Shown piece after piece: positions 47,975-57,314 of a stretch of DNA of 64,000 bases (within the stretch, counting starts at the first letter, position 1; each line of letters starts with the position of its first letter). Source of the DNA: Patescibacteria group bacterium (GTDB taxonomy: Bacteria > Patescibacteriota > UBA1384 > 2-12-FULL-50-11); assembly GCA_016861245.1 (NCBI GenBank), contig BOKZ01000001.1, positions 347,382 through 411,381 on the forward strand. Direction: 5' to 3'. The notes below the pieces were generated by a model that searched no databases, was not told where the DNA came from, and was given only the letters and a program-made list of their open reading frames with translations. The position numbers and the translations under genes are program-made.

Positions 47975-49161
47975 TATAGTTGTAACGATGGGAGTTTCTT
48001 CTCTAGCAACCTCCGTATTGCCGACTTAGTTCCCTGGTTGATCTTAGCTGGATCTACAAAAATTCTGAGATACCAGCTTTCGTGTAGGATCGATTGGTGC
48101 ATGGGCAAAGTAGAACCTGCGTCGTCCAGGATCGGTAAATGGATAGCTTTGTAGCCCTTATTCTTGCCGTGATATACAGAGACGCATTCGGGTGATATTG
48201 AGAGCTCATCTGCCACCTCATCGGCAAGGATTCCTCGCGACCACGGTGTGCTGATTAACTCAGCTAACGCCTCGTCTTCATGGTCCAATGTCGCAGATAC
48301 AACCAATTCATGTTGTTGGAAGTGTTGCACACATTCAGCTAGATTCCTGGTTCTGCTGTTGCACTTGGTGAGTAACCACTGATAAGCAGCTGAATCAGTC
48401 ATTCGGAAAAACTCTGGTGGAATCTCGTCAACCCCTATCCTAGTTGCAAGATCCATTGCTCGGTGGAGCATACTGCCTGGAGCAAGATTGCGATCCGAGT
48501 ACACAAAGCTATATGTGCGTGATCGACATTCTTCCCAGCCTGGTAGCTCCGGTAGGGCACGTTCGTCTAGATATATACCCCTGGACTCAGAAAACCGGTA
48601 GCTACTAGCCAAAGTAACAGGGCTGTATGTTGGGTGGTTCACTAGACCCATACTGATGCAATACCGCAAAGAGTTATCTAGATTGTCCACGTCAATCGAT
48701 CCGTTAACGATATCGCTTAGCGGCGGATATTTGCCAGTGATCATTCGAGTAATTGTCTCGACATTTCCACCCTGACGTGTCATTTCTTCGCTCAGCTCAG
48801 AGTTTAGTAGTACATCTTCTGCAAACTCTTCGTGATCCTTGCCGTGAAGTAGTTTGAGATAGTACTCGGACATATGCGAAAACGGCGGCGTGCCGACATC
48901 GTGGCCAAGCGCAGCGAATCGGATATTAATCGCCTGATCGCTGAATCCGTGTTGCTCGCAGACAATTCGTGCTAAGTACTCGACACCAACGGAGTGCTCA
49001 AACTTCGTAGCACATAGCCCGCAGGGCAGAACCCAAGGTGGGATGGCTGAGAGAGACACTTCTCTAAGTCGGGTCATTTCCCTAGTCTGGTATAGGCGAA
49101 GATCGTCGTTGCTGACGGGGATTTGGAAGTAGAGTCGATCATTCAAGTATTTAATTGCCAA
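47974..49161 (-). CDS. HD-domain phosphohydrolase (dNTP triphosphohydrolase-like)
   Basis: MTRLREV, KFEHSVG, HDVGTPPFSH and DVDNLD motifs; SD AAGGAGG, TTG start. Confidence 0.8.
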   Translation of the reverse strand: MAIKYLNDRLYFQIPVSNDDLRLYQTREMTRLREVSLSAIPPWVLPCGLCATKFEHSVGVEYLARIVCEQHGFSDQAINIRFAALGHDVGTPPFSHMSEYYLKLLHGKDHEEFAEDVLLNSELSEEMTRQGGNVETITRMITGKYPPLSDIVNGSIDVDNLDNSLRYCISMGLVNHPTYSPVTLASSYRFSESRGIYLDERALPELPGWEECRSRTYSFVYSDRNLAPGSMLHRAMDLATRIGVDEIPPEFFRMTDSAAYQWLLTKCNSRTRNLAECVQHFQQHELVVSATLDHEDEALAELISTPWSRGILADEVADELSISPECVSVYHGKNKGYKAIHLPILDDAGSTLPMHQSILHESWYLRIFVDPAKINQGTKSAIRRLLEKKLPSLQL

Positions 49162-49266
49162 GGTGCTTCAACCTCCTTCAGTTGATGTCGGAAGTGTAGC
49201 AAAAGTAAATATGATCTAAAACAGCTCGTTAGCTGAAGAAAATACAGGTATAATCATCGAGTAATC

Positions 49267-49338
49267 GGCCAGGTGCCCGAGTAGTTAGGGAACGGTCTGC
49301 AAAACCGTTTTACAGGGGTGCAAATCCCCTTCTGGCCT
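49267..49338 (+). tRNA. tRNA-Cys(GCA)
   Basis: GGCCAGG...TCTGGCCT; arm ACGGT-CT GCA AA-ACCGT; T-loop GGTGCAAAT. Confidence 0.88.
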
Positions 49339-49348
49339 CAGTTTTACC

Positions 49349-49377
49349 TTGACTTACTCTCTAGAGAAGGCTAATAT
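49349..49377 (+). promoter_or_regulatory. Sigma70-type promoter for secG (near-leaderless)
   Basis: TTGACT-17 bp-TAATAT, 9 bp before the ATG. Confidence 0.55.
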
Positions 49378-49386
49378 TTTGCACAC

Positions 49387-49602
49387 ATGGCCAATACTGT
49401 CCAGGTGATCCAAATTATCGCTGCGGTAATTTTGATCGTTTCAATACTTCTTCAGCATCGTGGTACCGGTTTAGGGGGAGCGTTCGGTGGTGAAGATCTA
49501 TCATATCGGTCTCGTCGAGGCGTTGAGCGATTGCTATTTCGAACGACTATACTTTTTGCAGCCGTCTTTGTTGTTTCAGCAATTGCCCAACTCTTCTTGT
49601 AA
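49387..49602 (+). CDS. secG: Preprotein translocase subunit SecG
   Basis: ILLQHRGTGLGGAFGG...RRGVERLLFRTT. Confidence 0.92.
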   Translation: MANTVQVIQIIAAVILIVSILLQHRGTGLGGAFGGEDLSYRSRRGVERLLFRTTILFAAVFVVSAIAQLFL

Positions 49603-49605
49603 ACG

Positions 49606-50898
49606 ATGTTGCGCATCGTTGCGCGGGTAGCTAATAAAGTTAGCTCACTTGTCGCCCAGTACGAAAAAATTCTTCTAGCGGTTCTTTCTGTAGTGATCGT
49701 AATTAGCGGTACCTTTTGGTTCCGCCAATTTGCTGGTTCCCAAGGATCGTCGCCAACGATCGGTGGCACCTATGTAGACGGAATTGTCGGCGGAGAACGG
49801 GAGGTTCAAACTATCGCCTCAAAGCTGACGAAAACCGGACTGTTTACTATCGATGCTCAAGGGAATTTACAGAATCAGCTTATTACCAAATGGGAGGTAA
49901 ATCCGGAGAAAACGCTGTACAGCTTCCAAATCGCGCCCGAGGTTGATGGCGAGGAGATTCTCCAGAGTCTTAACGAAAATCTTGATCTCATCGGGCCGTC
50001 ACAGCTTAATTTACTAGAGGGTAATACATTAACGGTTGAGTTGATTACACCAAACAGCAATCTCCCATTGTTATTAGCACAGCCGTTATTTGATTACGGT
50101 CCGTACAAGGTCGGAAAGATGACCGAAAAAACCACTGTGTTTACTCGAAATACGCGAGCCAAAGCGCAAAGCGCGTATATTAATAAAATTATTGTCCATA
50201 CTTTCCCCGACGAAGCAGCACTGAAGAAAGCGTTCGAGAAAAAGAATATCGACGGCGGTACGCTCACCACTATTGACGCAGTGCCAGATGGTTATGAAAA
50301 AAAATCGTTCCAACTACCGCGATATTACGTATTAGTTCTTAATATCAATCGCGCTCCATTCCGAGAGTTAACCCCGCGACAACAGCTATTTACCCAGAGT
50401 TTAACTAAGCCATTCACGTTAACGGTTCCGGATGTTGAGCCATATAAAAGTATTGCCACTAAACTCAGCGTCGAATGGCAAGCGGCAAACGTTCCAGCTA
50501 CTGTCGAGTATAAGTCTCAGGAGGAGATAATTAACAAAATTAGCCCTTCAAGAGATTTTCAGGCGATGTTGGTTGGAGTAGAGTACGGCGCCGAACTCGA
50601 TCCGTACTACGTCTGGCACTCCAGCCAGCTCCGACCGCCGGCGAACAATGTTAGCGGTGTTAAAGACCAGCAAGTTGATACGCTTATCGCTCAGATTCAA
50701 GGAGAATTAAGTCCGGCAAAGCGAAGTGAGATGATTAATTCTTTGCACATTCTTCTTAAGGACTTAGGTGTCGCCTTAGTTTTAGAGCAGGAAGAGGAAT
50801 CATTCCTTTTAAAAGATTCGATTAATTACAAAGAACCGTGGCTACCGTTGGCGCTTCGCGATCGCTGGCAATCTATCAGCCAATGGTCGGTCAAGTAG
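49606..50898 (+). CDS. Family 5 solute-binding protein-like (reduced)
   Basis: TM anchor; GGTYVDGIVG, GPYKV and DPYYVWHSSQ motifs. Confidence 0.75.
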   Translation: MLRIVARVANKVSSLVAQYEKILLAVLSVVIVISGTFWFRQFAGSQGSSPTIGGTYVDGIVGGEREVQTIASKLTKTGLFTIDAQGNLQNQLITKWEVNPEKTLYSFQIAPEVDGEEILQSLNENLDLIGPSQLNLLEGNTLTVELITPNSNLPLLLAQPLFDYGPYKVGKMTEKTTVFTRNTRAKAQSAYINKIIVHTFPDEAALKKAFEKKNIDGGTLTTIDAVPDGYEKKSFQLPRYYVLVLNINRAPFRELTPRQQLFTQSLTKPFTLTVPDVEPYKSIATKLSVEWQAANVPATVEYKSQEEIINKISPSRDFQAMLVGVEYGAELDPYYVWHSSQLRPPANNVSGVKDQQVDTLIAQIQGELSPAKRSEMINSLHILLKDLGVALVLEQEEESFLLKDSINYKEPWLPLALRDRWQSISQWSVK

Positions 50899-50941
50899 TG
50901 AAAAGTAACTCGTTCTTTGGTAAAATTATCAGGTGTAATTT

Positions 50942-51026
50942 GCCGGGGTGGTGAAACGGTAGACACGCTGGCTTCAGGTGCCAGTGAGCCTTACGGCTCG
51001 TGGAGGTTCAAGTCCTCTCTCCGGCA
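50942..51026 (+). tRNA. tRNA-Leu(CAG)
   Basis: GCCGGGG...CTCCGGCA; arm CTGGC-TT CAG GT-GCCAG. Confidence 0.95.
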
Positions 51027-51039
51027 CTGTTAACATTAC

Positions 51040-51123
51040 GCGCGAGTGGTGAAATTGGTATACACGCAGCCTTGAGGTGGCTGTGGGGGCAACCCCGTGG
51101 AGGTTCAAGTCCTCTCTCGCGCA
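51040..51123 (+). tRNA. tRNA-Leu(GAG)
   Basis: GCGCGAG...CTCGCGCA; arm CAGCC-TT GAG GT-GGCTG. Confidence 0.95.
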
Positions 51124-51209
51124 CTACAGAGCGACTTGAACCTAAGGTTCACTGCGACTGAGCGAAGTGAAGGAGAAGGAGCGCAGCGACTTTCCTCTCT
51201 CGCGCACTA
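51124..51209 (+). repeat. tRNA-Leu(GAG) 3'-linked element
   Basis: 17-bp direct repeat TCCTCTCTCGCGCACTA at 51110-51126 and 51193-51209; GACTTGAACCT (51133-51143) is the reverse complement of the T-arm 51101-51111. Confidence 0.85.
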
Positions 51210-51233
51210 ATTATCTCTGCTACACTAAACGCA

Positions 51234-51974
51234 ATGGCGATGCGTAAAAAAATTACGTTACTAATTACAGGCATTCTATTACTCTCTGGTGTGACAGTGT
51301 TTTTTCTCGGGCCGGTACTATTTGCTAGCGTGAGTTATCCTTTACCTGAAAAGTATCGAGCCTCGGTGGCTAAATGGACACAAGAATACTGCCAGGGTCT
51401 TCCTGTTACTCCAAACTTCCTGGCGGCGCTGATCATGACCGAAAGCGGTTGGCGCGAGAACGCCAAATCGTACGCTGGCGCAGTTGGCTTAACCCAGTTT
51501 ATCCCTTCGACTGCGGTTGCCACTGCCAAAAGATTAGGTGTTTCTCCGTTTACGCCGAGCGATCTAACGAAAAATCCGGATCTTTCTATTAGGTTCGGGG
51601 CTTATTACATCTGTACGAGAATTAGAGATTATAAAGGCGATATGAAGAAGGGCTTAATTGCCTATAACGGCGGCGGCGGGGCAGTGCTGGCCTACGAGCG
51701 CGGTACACCGGTACGCGGGACGGTCGGTTACGCCGAAAAGATCCTGGCAATGTGGCGCGCATATGATAAGATCTACGGCAAGTGGTGGGAAAACCCTGCC
51801 GGTGAGACGGGTAGCTTTAACGTTCAGCCCAAAACCGATATCAGTTTAATTGCGACTGTACCGATACTCGATTTTTGGCGCGGACTCCTGTCGAATCCTG
51901 TTTCAGATCAAGAGCCAGCTGAAGATGCTAGCGGCGTCAACGATCTGTGGCGAGTTTTCCTCCCTGGAAATTAA
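51234..51974 (+). CDS. Lytic transglycosylase (SLT domain)
   Basis: ALIMTESG, SYAGAVGLTQF and AYNGG motifs. Confidence 0.9.
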   Translation: MAMRKKITLLITGILLLSGVTVFFLGPVLFASVSYPLPEKYRASVAKWTQEYCQGLPVTPNFLAALIMTESGWRENAKSYAGAVGLTQFIPSTAVATAKRLGVSPFTPSDLTKNPDLSIRFGAYYICTRIRDYKGDMKKGLIAYNGGGGAVLAYERGTPVRGTVGYAEKILAMWRAYDKIYGKWWENPAGETGSFNVQPKTDISLIATVPILDFWRGLLSNPVSDQEPAEDASGVNDLWRVFLPGN

Positions 51975-53696
51975 ATGGAATTAGCGACAGTTCGAGAAAA
52001 ATTTTTACAGTTTTTTCAGAGTAAGGGCTACAAAATATTGCCCGGATCTTCGCTTGTACCAGAAAATGATCCGAGCGTCTTATTTACGACTGCTGGTATG
52101 CAGCAGTTCAAAGACTTTTACTCGCACCCCTCTGAGGCGCCTGCATCATCAGTAGCGACAGCGCAGCCAGTAATTCGAACATCCGATATCGCTGAAGTTG
52201 GTGACGATACGCATTTAACGAGTTTTGAGATGCTCGGCAACTTTAAGTTCGGCGAGGCAGAAGCCTACAAAATGAAAGAGCGAGCAATTAAAGAAGCCTG
52301 GCAGTTCGTGAATTTGGAGCTGGGTGTCGAAAAAGAACGCGTACACGCAACAGTGTTCAAGGGCGACGACACAACGCCGACGGATACTGATTCGGAAAAA
52401 ATTTGGACAGAACTCGGCGTTCGCGTCGAAAGAGCCGGTCGGGAAGATAACTTTTGGGGACCGACTGGCGACGAAGGTCCGTGCGGACCGACGAGCGAGA
52501 TTTATATCGACGGCGTTGAAGTTTGGAATCTTGTTTTTAATCAGTATTACAAACATTCAGATAACGTTCTGGTCACTAGGGATATGCAAAAATCGATCAG
52601 GCCCGAAGAATCAAAATATGTTGACGTGCAGTTTGTCGGACTTGATACCGGTTCTGGCCTAGAGCGTTTGACAGCAACGTTGCAAGGAAAAACGTCGGTA
52701 TGGCAGATCGAGCCGTTTGCCAGCTGGGTACGTATAGTTGATCCGGAGAAAGAGTACGAGAGCCGGATTATTGTTGATCATCTGCGCGCAATCTTATTTT
52801 TAATTAGCGCCGGTATCGAACCAAGCAATAAAGGACGTGGGTACATCTTGCGACGATTAATTCGCAAAGTCAGTTTTCTTGAAAGCAACCCTCAAATTCC
52901 AGCGACCATTCTCGCTGAAGTTAGAACATTTTATTCCAACCAATATCAACTATTAGATTTAGAAGAAGTGTTGGTTGTGTATAAAAAAGAACATGAGCAG
53001 TTTGAGAAAAATTTAGCTCGCGCCAAAGCCCATCTTCAACGCTGGATCGACACAAATGCAGAGAAAGATGAGCGATCAATTACCGAACTAGCGTTCTATA
53101 TGTACGAGTCGTTCGGCTTTCCGAAAGAGCTAGTTATCGAATATCTGGTGGCTCAGGGATTCTCGGTCGATGCAGGCTATTTCGAGAAGCTTTTCGCTGA
53201 GCACCAGGCAGTCTCTCGAGCGGGTCTGGCCGGACAATTTAAAGGTGGCTTAGCCGATCACGAACCCCAAACAATTAAACACCACACGGCGCATCATCTA
53301 CTACTCGCTGCCTTACAGAAAGTTCTTGGAAACGACGTTGTTCAGAAAGGCTCGAACGTTACAAGTGAGCGGTTGCGAATTGATTTTAAATTTGACCGCA
53401 AGTTAACCGATGAAGAGTTGAAAGAAGTTGAAGCGATCGTGAACGCAAAGATTGCAGAAGATTTGCCTGTTGTTCAAGAAGAAATGAGTAAAGACGAAGC
53501 GCTCGCGAGCGGTGCTCAGGCCGAATTCGGCGCCAAATACGGTGATACGGTCTCTGTGTACACGATCGGCGAGTTTTCCAAAGAACTCTGCGGCGGGCCG
53601 CACGTAAAAAAAACCGGCGAGTTAGGCCGGTTTGAAATCTTGAAGGAGGAAGCGTCCTCCCAGGGTATACGACGGATCAAAGCACGCTGCGTCTGA
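51975..53696 (+). CDS. alaS: Alanine--tRNA ligase (short form, no C-Ala domain)
   Basis: LFTTAGMQQFK, FEMLGNF, GPCGP, DTGSGLER, HTAHHLL and ELCGGPHV motifs. Confidence 0.95.
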   Translation: MELATVREKFLQFFQSKGYKILPGSSLVPENDPSVLFTTAGMQQFKDFYSHPSEAPASSVATAQPVIRTSDIAEVGDDTHLTSFEMLGNFKFGEAEAYKMKERAIKEAWQFVNLELGVEKERVHATVFKGDDTTPTDTDSEKIWTELGVRVERAGREDNFWGPTGDEGPCGPTSEIYIDGVEVWNLVFNQYYKHSDNVLVTRDMQKSIRPEESKYVDVQFVGLDTGSGLERLTATLQGKTSVWQIEPFASWVRIVDPEKEYESRIIVDHLRAILFLISAGIEPSNKGRGYILRRLIRKVSFLESNPQIPATILAEVRTFYSNQYQLLDLEEVLVVYKKEHEQFEKNLARAKAHLQRWIDTNAEKDERSITELAFYMYESFGFPKELVIEYLVAQGFSVDAGYFEKLFAEHQAVSRAGLAGQFKGGLADHEPQTIKHHTAHHLLLAALQKVLGNDVVQKGSNVTSERLRIDFKFDRKLTDEELKEVEAIVNAKIAEDLPVVQEEMSKDEALASGAQAEFGAKYGDTVSVYTIGEFSKELCGGPHVKKTGELGRFEILKEEASSQGIRRIKARCV

Positions 53697-54228
53697 AGAC
53701 AAGCAGTTCGGTTAGGCGATCAGCACGATGCATAAATCGTTCAGTTGCCTGAGCAACCTCTACTTCGTTTTCATAGTTTATGTTTCGAAGTGCGAGTACT
53801 TCAGCGAGTCCAAACAATTCCATAGTGATCATAGCGGGAGCCAGGTGTTCACGAATCTTTATGGCTTCAGGGTTGGTACTCGCCAGGATTCTTTTGGCGA
53901 TCGGCTTATCTCCTGCGAAAAGGTTAGCCATCTCTATAGAATTTGGTCGGTGGCCCAACAAGGTGACACAGAGGCGTGAGTATAAGATTGATCGAGCAGC
54001 TCCCGCCTTTTGATCTCGAAGATTCTCGAGATCTGATTGGGCAAGGTTTTTGAAGAATGACCCACGTCGACACCAAAGCCTAACCTGCCCCTCAATATCT
54101 CTTTTGATTAGGTCTTGAGAGGTAGTAGCACGATCAAAGACCTCTTCACCGTATGAACTTAGAATGTCGAGTGGTGGCGATTGCAGTGAGTTATTAAGGA
54201 ACTCCAGTATTTCCAGTTTTGCAGACAC
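53677..54228 (-). CDS. Hypothetical protein
   Basis: 183-aa ORF with SD AGGAG and GTG start; fills the alaS-ftsA gap. Confidence 0.6.
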   Translation of the reverse strand: MSAKLEILEFLNNSLQSPPLDILSSYGEEVFDRATTSQDLIKRDIEGQVRLWCRRGSFFKNLAQSDLENLRDQKAGAARSILYSRLCVTLLGHRPNSIEMANLFAGDKPIAKRILASTNPEAIKIREHLAPAMITMELFGLAEVLALRNINYENEVEVAQATERFMHRADRLTELLVFRRSVL

Positions 54229-54312
54229 AATTTTCTCCTAAATATGAACGAGGTAATTTTACTGATAATCACGTTGCTTGTCCAGGGTCAAACTGGTATT
54301 TTGAGGATACGA

Positions 54313-55557
54313 ATGGGACTTTTTGGAGGGAAGAAAAAACAGAGCAACTGGGCTATTAGCTTGGATATCGGTACCGAGTACGTAAAAGCTTTGGTTTTTG
54401 AGGTGGTTGATGGTAAGGGTATCGTTCGCGGCGCCGGTAGAGCTAGACAGCGACTTTCTGATATGCAGGGCGGCGGCGTAACCGATATTCACGGCGTTGC
54501 GATTAACTGTGAGAAAGCGATCGAGCAAGCCGCTGAGCAAGCAAAGTTTTTACCAGATAAAGTGATCGTAGGTATCGCCGGCGAACTCGTTAAAGGAACC
54601 ACAGCCAGCATTAAGGTGAATCGAACCAAACCGCAACAGCAGATCCAGATGAGCGAGCTTCAAGATATCGTCAACCAAGTTCAAGCCGAGGCATTTCGCC
54701 AGGCGCGCGCGGAGCTAGCAGCCGAAACCGGTCAAGATGAGATCGACGTTCAACTAGTAAACGCCGCAATCGTTAGCGTTGTCATCGATGGGTACAAAGT
54801 CGCAAACCCGATGAGTTATCAAGGGAAGCAGCTGGCTGTCGGTGTTTATAACTCGTTTGCGCCGATCGTCCAACTTGGGGCGATCGAAACAGTCGTTCGA
54901 GAGCTCGGATTAGAGCTCTTAGCCGTCGCGGCCGAGCCGTACGCGGTGGCCCGCTGCATCGATGAAGAATCGACCGACTTTGCGGCAATCTTTATCGATA
55001 TCGGCGGCGGTACTACCGACGTTGCAGTCGTACGAAACGGCGGCGTTGAAGGGACTAAGATGTTTGCAATCGGCGGCCGAGCATTTACAAAACGCGTTGC
55101 GGCGGCGCTTGGCGAAACGTTCCAAATCGGCGAAGAAGCTAAGCTTCAATACAGCGCCGCTACTCTTGAAGCCGAAAAGGCTGAGTTAATTAAACATGCT
55201 CTCAAAGCGGATGTTCGCGTTTGGCTCTCGGCTCTTGAGATCTCTCTTGAAGAGTTTGGTGAGGGCGATTTATTGCCCTCAAAAATCCTACTTTGCGGCG
55301 GCGGGAGCAACTTACCCGAGATTAAACAAGCACTTCAGAGCAGCGACTGGTACAAGAGTCTACCATTTGCCAGGCAGCCCGACGTTCAATTTATTAAACC
55401 AAGTGACGTCGCTAATATGGTCGATGAGACAAAGCAGTTATCCGACGTGTCGGAGGTAACGCCGTTAGCGTTGGCGAACGTCGCCTTAGATTTAATCGGA
55501 GAATCCAGTATTCTGGAAAGTGTTATGAAGAAAGCAGTAGCGGGGCTTAAACAGTAA
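54313..55557 (+). CDS. ftsA: FtsA-like actin ATPase
   Basis: LDIGTEYVK, AEPYA, IDIGGGTTD and LCGGGSNL motifs. Confidence 0.85.
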   Translation: MGLFGGKKKQSNWAISLDIGTEYVKALVFEVVDGKGIVRGAGRARQRLSDMQGGGVTDIHGVAINCEKAIEQAAEQAKFLPDKVIVGIAGELVKGTTASIKVNRTKPQQQIQMSELQDIVNQVQAEAFRQARAELAAETGQDEIDVQLVNAAIVSVVIDGYKVANPMSYQGKQLAVGVYNSFAPIVQLGAIETVVRELGLELLAVAAEPYAVARCIDEESTDFAAIFIDIGGGTTDVAVVRNGGVEGTKMFAIGGRAFTKRVAAALGETFQIGEEAKLQYSAATLEAEKAELIKHALKADVRVWLSALEISLEEFGEGDLLPSKILLCGGGSNLPEIKQALQSSDWYKSLPFARQPDVQFIKPSDVANMVDETKQLSDVSEVTPLALANVALDLIGESSILESVMKKAVAGLKQ

Positions 55558-57314
55558 TGAAACAGATCTACTTAGAACCAGACGAGGAAATAACCTCTGT
55601 TATCGAGAAAATCGGCGCCGAAGGTGACGGAAGCGTTGCACTTGTTGTCCCGAAAAATAGCTCGCTTTTCCAGAGCTTGGTGAATTTAAAACTCTTAGCA
55701 AAAGAGGCGAAAAATCTCCAAAAAGAGGTAGTTATTATCTCTGGAAACAAGATCGGTATGAGACTTGCAAAACAGGTAAGTGTACCGACATACGCTTCGC
55801 TCGGCGCTATCGCTAACTCGCCCCAACAACCAGTTAAATCGATAGTGGCTGAGGAGCCGGCGACTGTAGACACGACGATCGACGGTGTTCCGGTTCGTCA
55901 GTACAATCCCAATCGCCCAGTTACAACCGAAACTACCCCAGTTGCAGAAGATGTAGAGGACGAGCTCGAACCGCCTTCTGAGCAAGAGGCGATCGAAGTG
56001 GAAGATAAAGTGATTACGGTTACTACCCCGTCATCAGACGAGTCTACCGACGAAAAGCAGCCTGACGCCGAGGAGCAGCCCAAGGAAGCTGACGACTCAT
56101 CGCTGCCTCCAATCGTAACTCGAGTCGGCGCTCCGCGAGCCTCAGAACCGTTTAAATTCCCCTGGAAGGCGGCGCTGATCGCGCTAGGACTCCTTTTGAT
56201 ATTGACCACTGTAACGTTTTTCCTATTGCCGAAAGCAACAGTCACCGTTGTCCTACCAGCTGAGCCAGTTAGCGATACGCTGTTATTGGCGGTGCAAACG
56301 GAAACTGCCGAAGGTGCGGTAAAAGGCAGCGTTGTTACGAGTGAGCAGTCTTCAAGTACAACTATCACGGCGACCGGTAAAAAAGATGTCGGCAGTAAAG
56401 CTACGGGTACGATTAGTATCACTAACAAATACCGTGACGGGTCTGGGGCCGGTAAAGACCAGACGTTTGCCGCCGGAACGAAGGCGACAGATGTTTCTAC
56501 GAAAAAAGTTTTCACTCTTAATAACTCGGTGACCGTGTCGAGAGTTACGTTCAACCCAAACAACGGACAACCGATTTATGACACAAAAACCGTGAAGGTT
56601 ACTGCCGTGGAGCCGGGTGAGAGCTACAATATTCCTAAATCGTCGTTTACGTTGGCAGGCGCGCTTGATAATACCGTTATCGAAAGCACTGAAGCGTTTT
56701 CAGGCGGGTTAACGAAACAAATTACCGTGCTTTCACAGCAAGATCTCGATACCGCTGTTGCCGCCGCTAAGGCAGAGCTGGAAACGAAAGCAAGAGCCGA
56801 TTTGGCAGAAAAAGCAAAAGGTCTATTAATTCTTCCTGATGCTGTTTGGCAGACGGTGAAAGAACAAACTACCGACAAAAAAGTTGACGAGGAGGCGCAG
56901 AGCGTGAATTTAACTCTAAAAATAGAATTTGCTAGTTTAGCTTTTGAGAAAAAACTTGTGGACGATCAATTTAAAACCAAACTATCCTCTACTTTAACCG
57001 AGACTCAGGAGCTAGTATTTGAGGACGGCAAAGAACCAACGATTACAACAAAAGGCATTACCGACGATAAAACCAAGCTTACTATAGAGGTAGCGGGGAG
57101 CGGTTATAAAGTTGAAAAGATCGACAAAGCCACAATTGCTCGTTCGGTAAAAAATAAAAGTGTCGATTCTGCTAAAAACTCGATCGTAGAGACGTACAAA
57201 GCTGATTCAGTTGAGATTAGTATATCGCCGAGTTGGTGGATCGCACGCCTGCCGCTATTGGAAGGCGCGATACGGGTCGAATACGGATTTGCTAATAAGA
57301 AACCAACCGAGTAA
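55557..57314 (+). CDS. Single-pass protein with a baseplate-J/gp47-like extracellular region
   Basis: IYLEPDEEITSVI..VVPK..LVNLKLL N-domain, acidic linker, TM helix, KATGTISITN, AVEPGESYNI. Confidence 0.7.
   Translation: MKQIYLEPDEEITSVIEKIGAEGDGSVALVVPKNSSLFQSLVNLKLLAKEAKNLQKEVVIISGNKIGMRLAKQVSVPTYASLGAIANSPQQPVKSIVAEEPATVDTTIDGVPVRQYNPNRPVTTETTPVAEDVEDELEPPSEQEAIEVEDKVITVTTPSSDESTDEKQPDAEEQPKEADDSSLPPIVTRVGAPRASEPFKFPWKAALIALGLLLILTTVTFFLLPKATVTVVLPAEPVSDTLLLAVQTETAEGAVKGSVVTSEQSSSTTITATGKKDVGSKATGTISITNKYRDGSGAGKDQTFAAGTKATDVSTKKVFTLNNSVTVSRVTFNPNNGQPIYDTKTVKVTAVEPGESYNIPKSSFTLAGALDNTVIESTEAFSGGLTKQITVLSQQDLDTAVAAAKAELETKARADLAEKAKGLLILPDAVWQTVKEQTTDKKVDEEAQSVNLTLKIEFASLAFEKKLVDDQFKTKLSSTLTETQELVFEDGKEPTITTKGITDDKTKLTIEVAGSGYKVEKIDKATIARSVKNKSVDSAKNSIVETYKADSVEISISPSWWIARLPLLEGAIRVEYGFANKKPTE

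Noticed and set aside
55898-56563. 221-aa antisense ORF
   Set aside because: It is a shadow of the low-complexity linker region of the plus-strand gene.
55557-57314. Baseplate-J-like gene as evidence of a prophage or contractile injection system
   Set aside because: There are no sheath, tube, spike or other phage genes nearby; it is membrane-anchored and sits in a housekeeping operon.
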